NCBI GenBank assembly: GCA_008632985.1
Contig: QPGO01000289.1
Span: forward strand, 1 to 64,000
DNA from: Psammoneis japonica
Taxonomy: Eukaryota
Reading direction: 5' to 3'
Length of the DNA: 64,000 nt
Shown: positions 35,681 to 48,119 of the stretch, piece by piece
Layout: every line of letters begins with the position of its first letter
Numbering within the stretch: the first letter of the stretch is position 1
Notes under the pieces: model-generated
Seen by the model: only the letters and a program-made list of their open reading frames with translations
The model's database searches: none
What the model was told of the DNA's origin: nothing
Position numbers and translations under genes: made by a program

Positions 35681-38095
35681 CTATGACACGCGTTGTCTCT
35701 TATTTGGGCGCTGACTGTCGCCATCCTCGCTAATCGAACGCTTCTTCCTCCAGAAAACCGTGTGCCGCGTCTTGAAAAACCACGCGACCAAACGACTATG
35801 AATACCCTTACCGAACCTTGCTTCGGCCGCCTCTTGTGCAGCAACGCGTTTCAAGTGCTCGTCCAATGTGATTATCGTTTGGCCAGAAAAGCGAGCACGA
35901 AGCGCCCCCAAAATGGCCTGCGCATTGCGACGTAGTGCCATCCTACTCTCTCCTGCTTCACCTTCATCTGTCTTGGCAGCAACCATAAATGTAGTGTAAT
36001 CAACCCAAACGAGCTCGTAGTCTCCAATGCCAGACAAACAACCAGTAATGTCTCGTGTGCAGACTGTCGTATCAATGCCGCAAACACGATAGGTGAACTC
36101 TTTTGACATGCCCAATTTCAACGGATCCATTGCGGGTTCTTTTCAAGATCCATTGTGTACAGGCCATTGAAGAAGAATATCTAGATTTGGCGAGAAAGGA
36201 TACGCAAGGGATAAGCTAAAGACGGGTGACGTTTTCGTAAAGCGATTGAGAACACACAAGTAATGCTGTACCGACCTTGTTGCGTCCGAAATAGCGTCTA
36301 ACGTCTTGATCATGCGTCGGGGCCAGAAGATGGACCAAGCTACCAAAGCCGCGTTTGGAAGAATCGCCTTGTACAAAAGAAACGCCCGACTCGTTCGGTG
36401 CGTCTGAATTGTCGTCATCGTCATCCTTAGCATTTGCTTGCGACTCTTCCGATGCATCTGAATCAACATGATAATTGGCTCTAAAACGTTCACCCTTCAT
36501 ATCAAGGATATTCTTGCACAAGGTCGCGAAAATGGCACCCGTCATGAAAGCATCATACTCGGCCTCATGCTCTTGTGTCGAAAGCAGGGGAGCTTCGCCA
36601 TTTCCTTGATTGTCAAAAACAACGATTGGATTCGAATTCAACATGTCTTGAACAATCAGCGTTTCGTGCAGTTTTAGCAATGTTGTACTATCGCTCCGAA
36701 CCCTAAAATCCAAGCAGTACTCACTCGAAAGGACTTTGGTATCCTACACGACGGGAAAGTACTCGTGAACAAGTCTCTTGGTTTCCTCGTACGAGTCGGG
36801 TAGCTTTTGGCAATGAAAGTGCGTAAACATAAACATCAAATCCATCCATCCGTTATGAACCACAATTGTAACCTGGCGTCCCGTCCTTGTTACGGATACG
36901 TCCCGTTCCAAATCAATCTCGCTTGCTTCCGAAACGAGCGCGACAGAATTCTCCTCGTGCAGGCCTCGACAGGCATTCGAGAGCGCGTAAAAGACACGCC
37001 AAAAGCCAACTTGTTCCAGCATTAAGTTTTCCCACTTTTCCTTGGCGAGTCGGATACGAGGTTGTTCTTGCTGCTCCGGGTTTAACCGCCAAACCCGAAT
37101 TTGATTCGGAGCGTCCGTTCCACCTCGTTCCAAAATCAAGGCGGGGTATTCGGCTTGAATCGACTCGTAGAGGGCACGACGAAGAAACGGGTTGCACTGG
37201 GGCAACAAAAACGACATGGACGGGTCCAGAGCAGCAGCAGCATCGCCTTGTCGTTGTGCTGCTCTTGCGGCGGCTCGGTTGGAGGAATCGATCCATTCAC
37301 GGAGATTGGCCATGGCCCGTACATGAAAACTGATATCATCAAGTCGTGTCAGTACCACCTTGCGACGATTCTTGCCATTGGACATGGGTGACTCTTGTCC
37401 CTTGGCCTCTTGTTGCAACTGAATCAATTCCTCTTTATGCTTGGCCATTAACGTCTCGGCTCGCCCCGTCTCCACATAGGGTATGCCTTCCTTGGTCCAA
37501 CGATCAAAGCTCATGTTGTTCTTGTGAGAAAGGCAACTGTCGATGGATTCATGGTTACCTCTCGACCACTTCGATTATTGATGGACGGTGGAAAGACGTA
37601 AAAGTTGTAGCGTCTCACAAGAAACTCCGCAGAGTTGGAATTCAATGGATCATATGCTGGGTGCTCGTGGAAGAGCGCAATTCCAACCTAAGTTTACACA
37701 GAAGAACGTTTTGTGAGCGACAACTCACGTCATTGCCATATGGCTTTGGGAAATAAAAACATAAGAAACTCGCCTGAATAATTGAGTATCGCTCTGGGGC
37801 TCCTCTGGTGGATTCAAATCGCTTGGAGGGAGTATCATCCTTACTGGGACGTTTCGACCACGGCAAACTGATTCCCGTCATTTCCTCATCCAGAGCGACA
37901 AAGGCAGCCGTCGGTAAATGCTTGATCAAGTCATTGGATTGCTATAACATACGATAGGAACGGTACGTTTGGATGTGAGGGCAAATAAGGCATGACATCT
38001 CACGAGCACTTTTTAGAAATTTCATGTGAAAAAGCAAGCAGATTGTATTTTTTCTTTTGCACCTCGATAAAGTTGGATTTCGTCACGTTCACCAT
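35681..38095 (-). CDS. PARN: Poly(A)-specific ribonuclease (CAF1/PARN family), multi-exon; one-base frameshift near 37527
   Basis: MVNVTKSNF start, ALDEEMTG, YNFYVFP, VHNGWMDLMF and HEAEYDAFMTG (DEDD residues). Confidence 0.85.
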
Positions 38096-38479
38096 CCTTA
38101 CGGCGTAATCAAGGGCCTTTTTTAACTCTTAACTCAAGCCAGCAAACGAATAGCGCCGCAATCACCGTTCAAAACAAACACGCACCGCAACAAACAGCGC
38201 AATAACAAAGGTATTGCAACACTCACACGAGTCTTGTTAGTGTTGTATTTTGATAATACTTTTGGTGGTGAAAGATCGATCGTACCGGTAAGTTAGGGAC
38301 CGCGCAAAAATCGCGCAAATGTCGTTTTTGTGCACGATTTGGTTCACGTGCGGCTGGAACACGTCCCACAGCTAAATGTCGAGAATGTCGTGAGAGAAAC
38401 AACATCGAGATCTTGTAGCAAGGCGCAACAGCTGACCCAAAGAGCAAAACGAAGCCAATCGCTCGCGCTCTTGCGTTGA

Positions 38480-39200
38480 ATCACAACTGCAATCAAGTCA
38501 CAGTGGCTGACATTGACAACGGCATTCACAAAGAGGACAGAGGACATTGTGGTGATGATGGCGATGCAATGTCTTTGTTGCTTGCAACTTCAAAGAAATT
38601 GTGACAGCTGGAATCGATGCCTTTCGAAAGGCACTTGGACAGTCGTCAGTGCAAAGACATGTAGAATGTATGAGGAATCCCAGCAAAAAGAAAGTCTTGG
38701 CACCGTTTCACCACGCGGCACACTGACATTGGGCCAGACACATGTGTTGGCCGAAACCGACCTCTGACACAATGGTCACTGCCGGCAAACATGTTCCAAC
38801 ATCATGGTGGTGTTGCAATCAATTCGGTTGCTTTTTGATGCTTTGATGGATGTTTTTGGGTCAGGAATGAAGTCCAACATTTGCTGTTGTGTCTTTTCAT
38901 CTCCCGTGTGTCTTCCATTTGTTTGCTCCAAGCAGAGGCAATGGTGTGACAATGTCTGTTTCGCAGGATGAGCTTTTCATTTGGGGGACTCTTTCTTCAT
39001 GCACACTGCACTGGCCATGACCATGCGCGCCGGATTCCAACAGATGTCCTTGGCACTTGCCTGTGGCCAGCAGTGAAGACGCGTTCCAGACGCATTGACA
39101 GCCGTTGAAAGATCTTTTTTCGATCTTTTGTCGATTTTTTTAGCTCGGAAAACAGCCTGCGGCACTGATGAGCGAAAGCGAAAGCTCACATCATCGAGCT
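38480..39200. other. Small TpA-depleted island between PARN and the OB-fold gene
   Basis: Only about 3 TpA in ~700 bp; CpG is retained. Confidence 0.6.
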
Positions 39201-39434
39201 TTGCACGCTAGGCAACTCTCTAATACATGGGATTGCTGTTATGCTAAAGGTTGTCTGTACATTAGATAACCCCGACACAAATGACGTGACGGAAGCGATG
39301 CTATCTAGCGCCTCCGGAATCAGGAATTTTGGTAGAGAGTAGACCTACCACCGGTACTCGTACCTACCTCTCGAGACGTGTGAAGCAAAGAAGGAAGAAG
39401 TACTCTAGTGAAACAACGCCATTCTTATTACAGC

Positions 39435-40919
39435 ATGAGCTCACTCCTTGCTGGCCCCAATCGTCTAACGGAATGGATCGAGAACTCTGCCTTTGACGCC
39501 ATTGTCAAAGGACCAGAATCGGTTGAATACCGTCCAAAACTCGTTCAAGTGCTTTCGCGAGGTGGGCGCGGTTGGTCCGCAAGCAACACAGCCGCTGACT
39601 CTTGCTGTCCTCCATATTTGATTATACATGACGGAAGGATATCTACAGCTGCTTTTCTGTCCCATAAGGCCCAACAAGAGCTCGGTATGCCTGAGGATCG
39701 TGCTGCAAACAAAGCTACAAAGGGCTGTATCGTTCGTATTTCTGGGTGGACAATCTCAACAGTGAAGGCGTGTGCTGAAACTGAAGACCATTTTTCGCGT
39801 TTGACCCGGCCACCACCCAACACTACTCGATTCTCGTGTTTAAATCGGTTGATATCAGCTCCACTTTGTCTTGTGGTTGAAGGCGTGGAGACGTTAGGAG
39901 GGCAAGGGATGGGAATAGTTGGCAACGCTGTAGACGTCAATGAATCAGTTGAGGTCAGGCGAGCCTTGCAGTTCATTCAACATGACTACAACACTCTTTG
40001 CAAGAGATTAAAGCTCCAGGATACTGTAAGGTTAGAAGATATACCCGTGGGGGATGTGACGAAACTAGGTACATCGGACTTTGATCTCGTGCTTCAGCAA
40101 ATTGACGATCCGCAAAAAGAACAAGAAGCCGTGCCCGTCGGAAACGTTCAAGAACTTTTCAATGCAGCAAACCGGAACGATTCAGTACAAGACAATCCAT
40201 TGGATGAATTATTTGGTCTGGCAGAACAGCAATCTGCGACGCATGGCCAAGCATCGGTTGCCCGTACAGCCGACTCTCATCAAACGCAAGATGGAAATAT
40301 CGGCAGCGTTTCTCAGTTACTTGAGCACGATCACCAAGCTGTCGGGAACAAGTTCGATGCCATTCTAGCATTAGCAGAACAGCAACGGCAAGCAGAAGCA
40401 TCTGCAAATAATGAGACGCAGCAGCCGGACTTGGAAGAAAACACCCAAGACGAGACGCGTGATGACGGGGATTCGAGTACATCAAAAGGCTTCCTTGGAC
40501 GATTGAGTGATATATTTGCAACTGCCGCTAGAAAAATGTCGCCGTCGCAGATCAAAAGAACCGAGGCTACACAAGAGCGCAATACCACAGAGGCAATGGA
40601 GATGAGTGGCCAAGAGTCTGAAAGTGAAGAAATTGTTGGAATAAGTGAAATGCTTGCTTCACAACCAGATCAAATTCAGCAAGACGAAAACGACGCGCCA
40701 ATGGAAGCTGAGAAAGAAAAAGCTGTAGAAAAGAAATTAAAGAGGTGGGTGGTAGATGATAGGAGGCCATTGAAAAAGCACAAAGCCAGCAGTGAATTCT
40801 TCGCAGAGCTCAGGAGACTTGGACGAGAAGAAGGTGACATGACCTTTTCTCCTGGTACTGTCACCGACACAGTTACAGGGGACATTCGCAGCTGGCTGGA
40901 TTGCCATGTAAAGGCATGA
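39435..40919 (+). CDS. 494 aa protein with an N-terminal TPP1/Est3-like OB fold and an acidic disordered C-terminus
   Basis: Intact ORF. LTEWIE..., LVQVL, LIIHDGRISTAAFLSHKA and KGCIVRI resemble the TPP1/Est3 OB pattern (L.PWI, QLLEV, LLVSDG.HS, .GRLLLL). Confidence 0.6.
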   Translation: MSSLLAGPNRLTEWIENSAFDAIVKGPESVEYRPKLVQVLSRGGRGWSASNTAADSCCPPYLIIHDGRISTAAFLSHKAQQELGMPEDRAANKATKGCIVRISGWTISTVKACAETEDHFSRLTRPPPNTTRFSCLNRLISAPLCLVVEGVETLGGQGMGIVGNAVDVNESVEVRRALQFIQHDYNTLCKRLKLQDTVRLEDIPVGDVTKLGTSDFDLVLQQIDDPQKEQEAVPVGNVQELFNAANRNDSVQDNPLDELFGLAEQQSATHGQASVARTADSHQTQDGNIGSVSQLLEHDHQAVGNKFDAILALAEQQRQAEASANNETQQPDLEENTQDETRDDGDSSTSKGFLGRLSDIFATAARKMSPSQIKRTEATQERNTTEAMEMSGQESESEEIVGISEMLASQPDQIQQDENDAPMEAEKEKAVEKKLKRWVVDDRRPLKKHKASSEFFAELRRLGREEGDMTFSPGTVTDTVTGDIRSWLDCHVKA

Positions 40920-41345
40920 GTATGCAACATGGGATAGAGCGTAATTGTAGTTACTCTGCGTTGCTTTCAGTAGTCTTGAACCAACTGCATCTATGAAAAA
41001 GGCCAAGACGTGCGTATACTCATGCTGAGCAAAATTCCTCTACCGTCGGTTGCTTACAGGGGTCGTAATCGAAATCACTGGCGATAGAATGAGAATCTCT
41101 AGAGTAGTGGCTACGAATTTTGCCACCATCTCTCATCGATCTACGTTACCGCGGGAATCTCTATGACGCCCGCCGAAGATCGGTGCCAAATCAATTCCGA
41201 GCAGGCGAATTCACTTAGAAAGATGCGGCGAGAGCAGCTAGCGTTTCATAAATCAAACAAGTTACAAGTTTATCCGCACCTTTATTCATTCTCTTGCACC
41301 AACAGAAATAGACAAGTCGTCAGAAGGTACGGTAGACGAAGACTC

Positions 41346-42480
41346 TCATTCTTCCTTTTTGTCCAGGTCGACTAATTCATCAATGGCAGCGAATTGCCGC
41401 GTCCACCTTGGATACAAAAACTGACGCAAGTCAAATCGATTGTCATCGGGGGAGTAGGCCTCAGCATGGTACGCAGGTGTAATGGTGCACATTTTGTGGC
41501 GGTTTATGGAGTAATAAAAGAAGAACCGCTTAACCTTGTCAGCCACCTCTTTTGCTGACAAATGGCTCCAAGTGACGCGCAACTTTCGAAACTTAAGGCA
41601 AAAACGAACATATATACGTAAAAGTGAGAACGCAGTATACAGCGTCTTAACGCAGCAGATCACAATGGCAATGGAGGTGACACGTACATGCTGACGGGCC
41701 CACAGCGAGATATCTTTCTTAGCCTGCCGTAGTAGCTTAATTCCTCATAGGACATTCCCATTTCTTCTTCGTCCAACTGCGAATGCTCGGCACTTTCATC
41801 TCCTTCATCTGCAATAGGTCGCAACTCTGCCGTTGGCGGTGCTCCGGCAACTTCTGCCAAGACACCATAACCGCTGTACTCTTTCGCGGCCCACAAGAGC
41901 ATATTCTTCAAATCCATTTTTGAGATTGCCCCGATGGTATTCAAGTCCGCCGAAGAGCAGTCGTACTTGGTCATGTATCCGCGGAGTCCTTCGTCAACAT
42001 TGGCGCTGCCCAACACCAACAAAAACCCAGAAGAGCCGCGGACCCATGGCAACAACTGAGCAAAGAGATAAGCTGTTACCATTCGAAGTCTTGCTTGAAT
42101 ATTTTGAAGTGCAAGTCCTCAGACATGGTTCCTCCCTGGGATGTAAAACGAGGCGTCTTACCAGTAACGAGACAAAACACTTTTAGGACAGCTTGCACCA
42201 TGAGGTCCATGGTGATGGCGAGATGATAACATCCAATGGCCTCTGCGAGACGTTCCGCACGAGATTTTGTCACGTTGGAAGAATTCTCAGTCCCCATGTA
42301 CATTGTATGCAATACTTGATTTGCTACATCTTGAGAGCAAGTAGGAATCCAGCCAGTATCTTTGTGGCAGACGCGACGGCAGTCTTCGGCAACCTTTGGA
42401 TCTGTCAAGGCGGCTTCGGCAACCATGTGGCACATGGCACCGACAATGGCAGCTACAGATGACGAATCGGCTCCACCTGC
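41346..42480 (-). pseudogene. NADSYN1: Glutamine-dependent NAD+ synthetase, C-terminal synthetase half only
   Basis: GGADSS, ([10 protein letters not shown])[28 protein letters not shown] and YSINRHK...[11 protein letters not shown]. The glutaminase domain is absent; frameshift at ~42112. Confidence 0.9.
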
Positions 42481-42547
42481 GGTAAAACCCATGGAAAGGC
42501 GAAGGCGCATAGGAAGTCAGTATTACAAAGATCAACAAACGCAAGCG

Positions 42548-42942
42548 GACGCAGCAGCAACGTCAAAAGGAACATCTTGAGGCTTTACCGCTGTCATTTC
42601 TCGGGCAATCACAATGTACTCGGAGAAGGATCCCTGTATCTGATTCGGATCGTACTCTAAGAATCCAAAGACTTCGTCTCCCTCCTTCAAGTCTGTTACT
42701 TCTGAACCGAGAGCATCAACAGTACCCGCATAGTGCCATCCAATAACAAGAGGTTTATATTTCATATCGTGAATATACGTTCCGCTTGGGTCGTTGGCCA
42801 ACACGGCATCTGAACCGGTATCAATGGCAGCACAAACAACCTTGACTCTTATCTCGTTCGGTCTCGTTTCGGGAATTGGTATTTCGACCAGCTGCGCCGG
42901 ACTTGTTTCGTCCGTAAACACTTCCATAGCTTTCATCGACAT
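42548..42942 (-). pseudogene. MDR-family (quinone oxidoreductase / alcohol dehydrogenase-like) N-terminal fragment
   Basis: IPIPETRPNEIRVKV, GWHYAGTVDALGSEVTDLKEGDEVFG, GSFSEY and KPQDVPFDVAAA, then an abrupt end before the Rossmann fold. Confidence 0.8.
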
Positions 42943-43239
42943 GGTTGATTACTTAGTGTATTGTTTAAAATCAAGACGACTATAAGTATGGTAAGAGGTG
43001 GCGTTAGATACAAAATGCGGTAGAGAGTCGTTCTGGGCGGCTAAACTAGTACCGTCGCCATTGCCGCGGCGGTGCTTCTCGTGCAGAACGTAGCTGCTGA
43101 CACACAGACTGTATCGAATCATTCGACCTACCTACCGCTCCTCGCCCACCACGGTGCATGGCCGCCATCGATCCAAATGCTGCTCTGGCAGAGGTTCCTG
43201 CCGCATTCTTCAACAGCTGTTTTTTAAGCCATTTATTCA

Positions 43240-45590
43240 CACTCCTGAACACGAAGAAGCTGGTGTGTGAGGATGCACCACTGCTGTGATGATTAGACAA
43301 CATGGCAGAAAAGCGTCCTTTGAAGGATGAGAGAGCATGTCTCGACCAGAAACAAACAAGGGAGCCCTCAACCTCATGTCAGTGCTGAAAATCATGGTTG
43401 GGAATGATGTGATTGAATCAAAAGATCTGGTGGTGATTGGCCTTGCCTCAATGGCAATGCACTTGCTTTCCCTCAAGGATGATCTGTGCTGGTCTTTTGT
43501 CTTTCCAAGCGAGACTCTTTTGTTCTTGTTTCCTCCGGTCTCTCGCCAACTCTGAGCAAGAAGCAATCGTCAAGAGACCAGGACACCAGCCCCTGTTTTA
43601 GAAACTGCACACTTTGTAAAAATCTGGGGAAGAAATTGTTGACAAAAGTTGTGACTTGGAAAAACCATTGCAGCCCCCGTTGCTGACACACGCAATGACA
43701 CGTCCCTCCTGCTGCTGATCTGTGTTGATTGTGTGATGGAAAACTTGTTGCTGAAAAGTCAATTGAGGGAGCAGCTCTTACAGAGCTGCTTCAATCCAGT
43801 CTTCAGTCACTGGATTTGGAAGAAAAGCCAGAATTGGGTGATTTTGTTTCCCGTGGCCACATCGGCAGTGATGATGGATGATGGTGATGGTCGCCACTTG
43901 CTTGGAATGCCTTGACATGTGCTGCCACTCGCACCAAAGTTTGGATGCCTTTCATGGAGTGCAAGTGGCATTCAAAGTTGAGTGGGGCTTTGCAGCTGCA
44001 GTTGACACCTTTGACTTTTCTGATGAAGGGAAAGGGAGCGTGACTCCACCACAATGCAGGAATGAACGTTCCGTTGGCCTGCTGTGTGAAGTGACAACCC
44101 GAGCAGCATCCATGTTCATTTTCCAGGCATGGCCCTTCCTTGTCTTTCATTTCATGTGAGCCTTTTGCCAAGGCAAGCATGCCCAGTTGTCAAACTCACT
44201 GATGGCACAGCCCACTCAAGTGCCACAATGTGGATTTTGAGAGCTGCAATCTTTTTGCACCCTGGCCTTCCACCAGATTGCCACCTCCAAGTGACAAGAG
44301 ACACAACTCAAAAGAAGCATCAAAGAAACAAGGTGTTGCTGTGCTTCACCTTGTCAAACGTGTTGGTTGGTCAGCAGAAAAAAATGAGTTGCACTTTTTG
44401 TGCTCATCTGCACATCAACTCTCCACTTGCCAGAAAGCAGCTGTTTGCTGGCTTTAAAGAAGAGAGCAACTCCAGAGGAAATCCCAGGTGTGGTTGGTCC
44501 CTGTTGCCTTTTGCTGGTGCCACAAACATGTTTCTTGCACCAACGATGTGTGCCAACCTCTGCAGAGGTCAGCAAGGCTGTGTGTTCTGCTTAAAAAGAA
44601 GTGTTGCCTGTCAAAAGCAACCCGACAGAGGACTGCTCACAAACCATTCAGAAATTGTGCAATCTCCACACAATGGAAACACATGTGGGATGTCACTGCC
44701 TTTTTCCCTCTCTGTTGCAATGCATTGGTTGCGTGTGTCAAGCACTTTGCATTTGCCCACTGTGAAGAATGTGCAGCATGTGCTTTCCACCAATGAAAAG
44801 TGCCATTTCTGACATCCTGTCACATTGTGTTGATGTGATCATCCTGGCTAAACTTGTCAAGAGTGCAGAGTGCAGATTTGATCACACACATGCAAGAACT
44901 TGCACAGCAAACCCATCTCAAACAAGACATGATGTCATGCCCCAAACTGCTTTCCTCTGACTGTGCTTGAACTTGGTCCAGTTGCCAACTCTTTCACTGG
45001 CTTGCACCCACCTGTGAGCCGGGTTTGCACTCTTGTCAAAAAGGGCAAACATCCCTCACAGAGTTGCTGCATTTGGTGTTCTTGAGAATGGTGCCAATGC
45101 CTGCTAGAGAACATTTGGTGTGAGTCACTCTGCTCAAAAGGCCAGCTGGGCAGCCAGACAAGCTGTGCTGCAAACCACTGTCTGAAACAAATGGTGGGCA
45201 TGTGTGGCTCTCCCATCCTCAGTGACTTTCTGCTTTGCAAATTTTTCTCAGATTGCTCAACAAAGTCTCAGCCCACAGCAAGAGGGATGTGGGGGTTCCA
45301 GCTGCATTTCCTGCCCACAGAGCAAACAGGCATGTGTCTCTGTGAACACATGGCCTTTGTTCAGTCATGTGCTGCATGTTGCAAGCGTGCATTTCTGCTT
45401 GTGACTTTGGCAGCATTTTGTGGTTCAATTTTTGGGCCATCCACTCAGCAACTTTTTGACTTTTTTGCAGCACCACTCTCAAATGTCTTGGGAGCAGTGC
45501 TGGGCAGGTGGATTTTTGAACATGTTGAGTGTTGGGAGGCACAATTGCACCACAAACTTGGTTGTCCAGCTGAATTCTGCTAAGAAGGCA
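43240..45590. other. TpA-depleted island 3
   Basis: About 9 TpA in 2.3 kb; CpG is also scarce. Confidence 0.9.
44200..45535 (+). mobile_element. Highly degraded relative of the Harbinger-like element at 52970-55135
   Basis: Same motif order: RHNSKE (44299), HMWDVT (44680), ASWAARQAVLQ (~45145) and MWGFQLHF (45287). Segment 45360-45535 is the reverse-complement homologue of 52970-53160. Confidence 0.55.
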
Positions 45591-45738
45591 TGACGACACA
45601 ACCCTAACCTACAGTGCCATGATACAACACACAATACACATGCCTAAAGGTGCTTTAAGCGATGATTACACAACAGACTAGCCCAAGAGTCTACGAGCAT
45701 GGGATAAGGTCGTTACAGACCCGGAACTGAGGACAGAG

Positions 45739-47374
45739 CTACTCTTCCACCCTTTTCTCATCCTTGTAATGATACGACGGCGTTCGCATCGTTACTAGTT
45801 CTTCAGCTGATGTCGGATGGATTCCAATCGTATTGTCAAAGTCTGCTTTGGTCGCTCCCATCTTGACAGCTACCGCAACGCCTTGCATTACTTCTCCGGC
45901 TGAATCTGTGGCCAAATGAACTCCAACAACCTTGTCTGTCCCTGTCTCAACGATGATTTTGAACATGGTGTACGTTTCTGACTTTGGAAAGGAGTGCATC
46001 ATTGGTCGATATTTAGTCTTGTAGATGGTAATGTCTTTGAACTTCTCCGCCGCATACTCTTCTGTATACCCGATGGTTGCAATTTCTGGATTGGTAAACA
46101 CTGTAGATGCAACATACTTGTGGACAACAGGTCGATCTTGACCTCCGAAAAGCGTATCGGCAAGTCGGTGACCCTCCATCAAGGCGACAGGCGTGAGAGC
46201 AATGCGGTCCGTTACGTCACCAACCGCGTAGATACCATCAACATTTGTTTTCGAGTACTCGTCAACAGGAATAAAGCTACCCTTTGTTTCAACTCCGGCT
46301 GACTCTAGATTGAGTTTTTCAATCTTCCCGTTGCGCCCCGTTGCCATCAGCACACAATCGCATTCAACACGAGTGCCGCTTTCCGTCACAACTGTCAAGC
46401 TACCATCTTCATTCTTGATAATTTCAGCGGGATTTGTGTTGAATTGCAGATCAATATTGGAATTCTCTTGCATTTCGTCTCGCAGTAGCTCCCGCATGTC
46501 TTGATCAAAGCCTCGCAAGAACAAATTTCCGCGATACATGAGGGTCACGTCACTACCAAGGCCGTCCATTATCTGAGCAAACTCGAGAGCTATGAAACCA
46601 CCTCCTACAGTGACGATACGCTTTGGCTGTTCCTTGAGGTAAAATATTTCATTTGAAGTAATAGCATGTTCGATGCCCGGAATGTTGGGCTTGTTGGGCC
46701 AGCCTCCGACCGCGATAACAACATTCTTTGTCTTCAAAAGTCTGCGACACGGTATGACCATAGTCAGTCGACACATCGACTGCATTTGGCCCGTTCAAAC
46801 TGCCAAAGCCTTCAATAACTTCAACCCCAGCGTTCTTTAGGACAAAGTTTTGGTAGACGGTGTTGAGCCGAGTGATCTCTGTATCCTTGGCTTCCATGAA
46901 GGAGTCCCAATTGAAGCTTCCTGGTCCCGCACCTTCCCAGCCGTATTCAGAGCTTTCGCTTATGGCACCTGGATAGCGACTTGCAAAAACCATTAGTTTT
47001 TTCGGTACACAACCTACGTTGACGCACTATGACAAAGAGAAGTGTATGTACTTATGAGCAAGTGGCAAGCCTCCAAACAACTCTTCCAGGCGAACAATAT
47101 TCACTGTCCCACCGATGGCAGAATAATTCGGCGCACCATGCTGCAGTTGAGGCTCCAGAAGGGCGACCTTTTTACCGTAGCACGCCGCGATACGACTAGC
47201 CCGAACTCCTCCAGATCCACCGCCAATAACCACCAAGTCGTATTCGTCATCCCCCGCACTGGAACGGAGGCTACTCAGAGATCGCAAGGATGGTGCGCCA
47301 GTCCCGCGTGGTGCAAATGCGGATACCTGTGCCAACGACGATACGAGGGCGAAAGATGCAACAAGAAGATTCAT
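45739..47374 (-). CDS. GSR: Glutathione reductase, predicted plastid-targeted; one intron; one-base frameshift near 46737
   Basis: Signal peptide plus VSA-FAP; GGGSGG; GGT|CVNVGCVPKK across intron 47027-47104; GGGFIALE; GIHPTSAEE. Confidence 0.95.
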
Positions 47375-48119
47375 TACCCAAAAACAATGAATTACAGGAT
47401 GCAAAAGGCACTGATAGAGAGTTGGTAGTCGTATTGTATTTGAGACACAACAGATGCAACGTCGGCTTCGACCCCACCAGCTGTCCCTGCGAAGATAAGA
47501 AAGATGATTCAAGATGCCATCAGAAAAATGTGAGCATCGGGTTATGAGATGGCATGAGGTACGTACTAGCGACTGAAAATGTGCGGGATTCAACTTTTGA
47601 ATGAGGAACGAACCAAAATAAACGCTTTCAGTTTCTCGAAATCGGTCAAGTGGGGGACTGCGGTACTCAAATAGCGTAGAATTCTACGTGTCGTACTTCG
47701 CCGTGTTGTAAATCGAAATCACGTGGTGAAAGCACGGTGAAACTGACAAGTGGCGGAGAACGTCCAAATGACAATTGGAAGGAAAGTGACGCTGTCGAGC
47801 TTGTCCTAGACACATGTTGTCCGATGTAAATAGAAACTTTCGTTCAGAAACTTGTCACAACAAATGTTTTGGACAATTCCCAAGTTCACCACGGCGAAGC
47901 ACGGGAAATCACTCGCCAAATTGCCGCGCAAATCACTGGCAATCATCCAGCGACACTTTGTAGAGCTGTGATCAACGAATGACTTCCATTCCGACATCGA
48001 ACTAGCACAACCTGTTGTAAGATGTGTCACAACAAAACTGTCATTCAGCAGAGTGTTCCTCCAATTGTCAAACGTTGTCAGAAGCAGTTGTGGCTTTCCA
48101 CCGTGCTTTCGTCGTGTTG

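Noticed and set aside
45600..45610. Telomere-like aaccctaacc at the edge of island 3
   Set aside because: Fewer than two repeat units; compatible with chance.
28330..46760. Programmed frameshifting or shared pseudogenisation in the JmjC, transporter, PARN, NAD synthetase and glutathione reductase genes
   Set aside because: The shifts I could localise are single-base indels in short homopolymers, typical of consensus errors; read data are needed.
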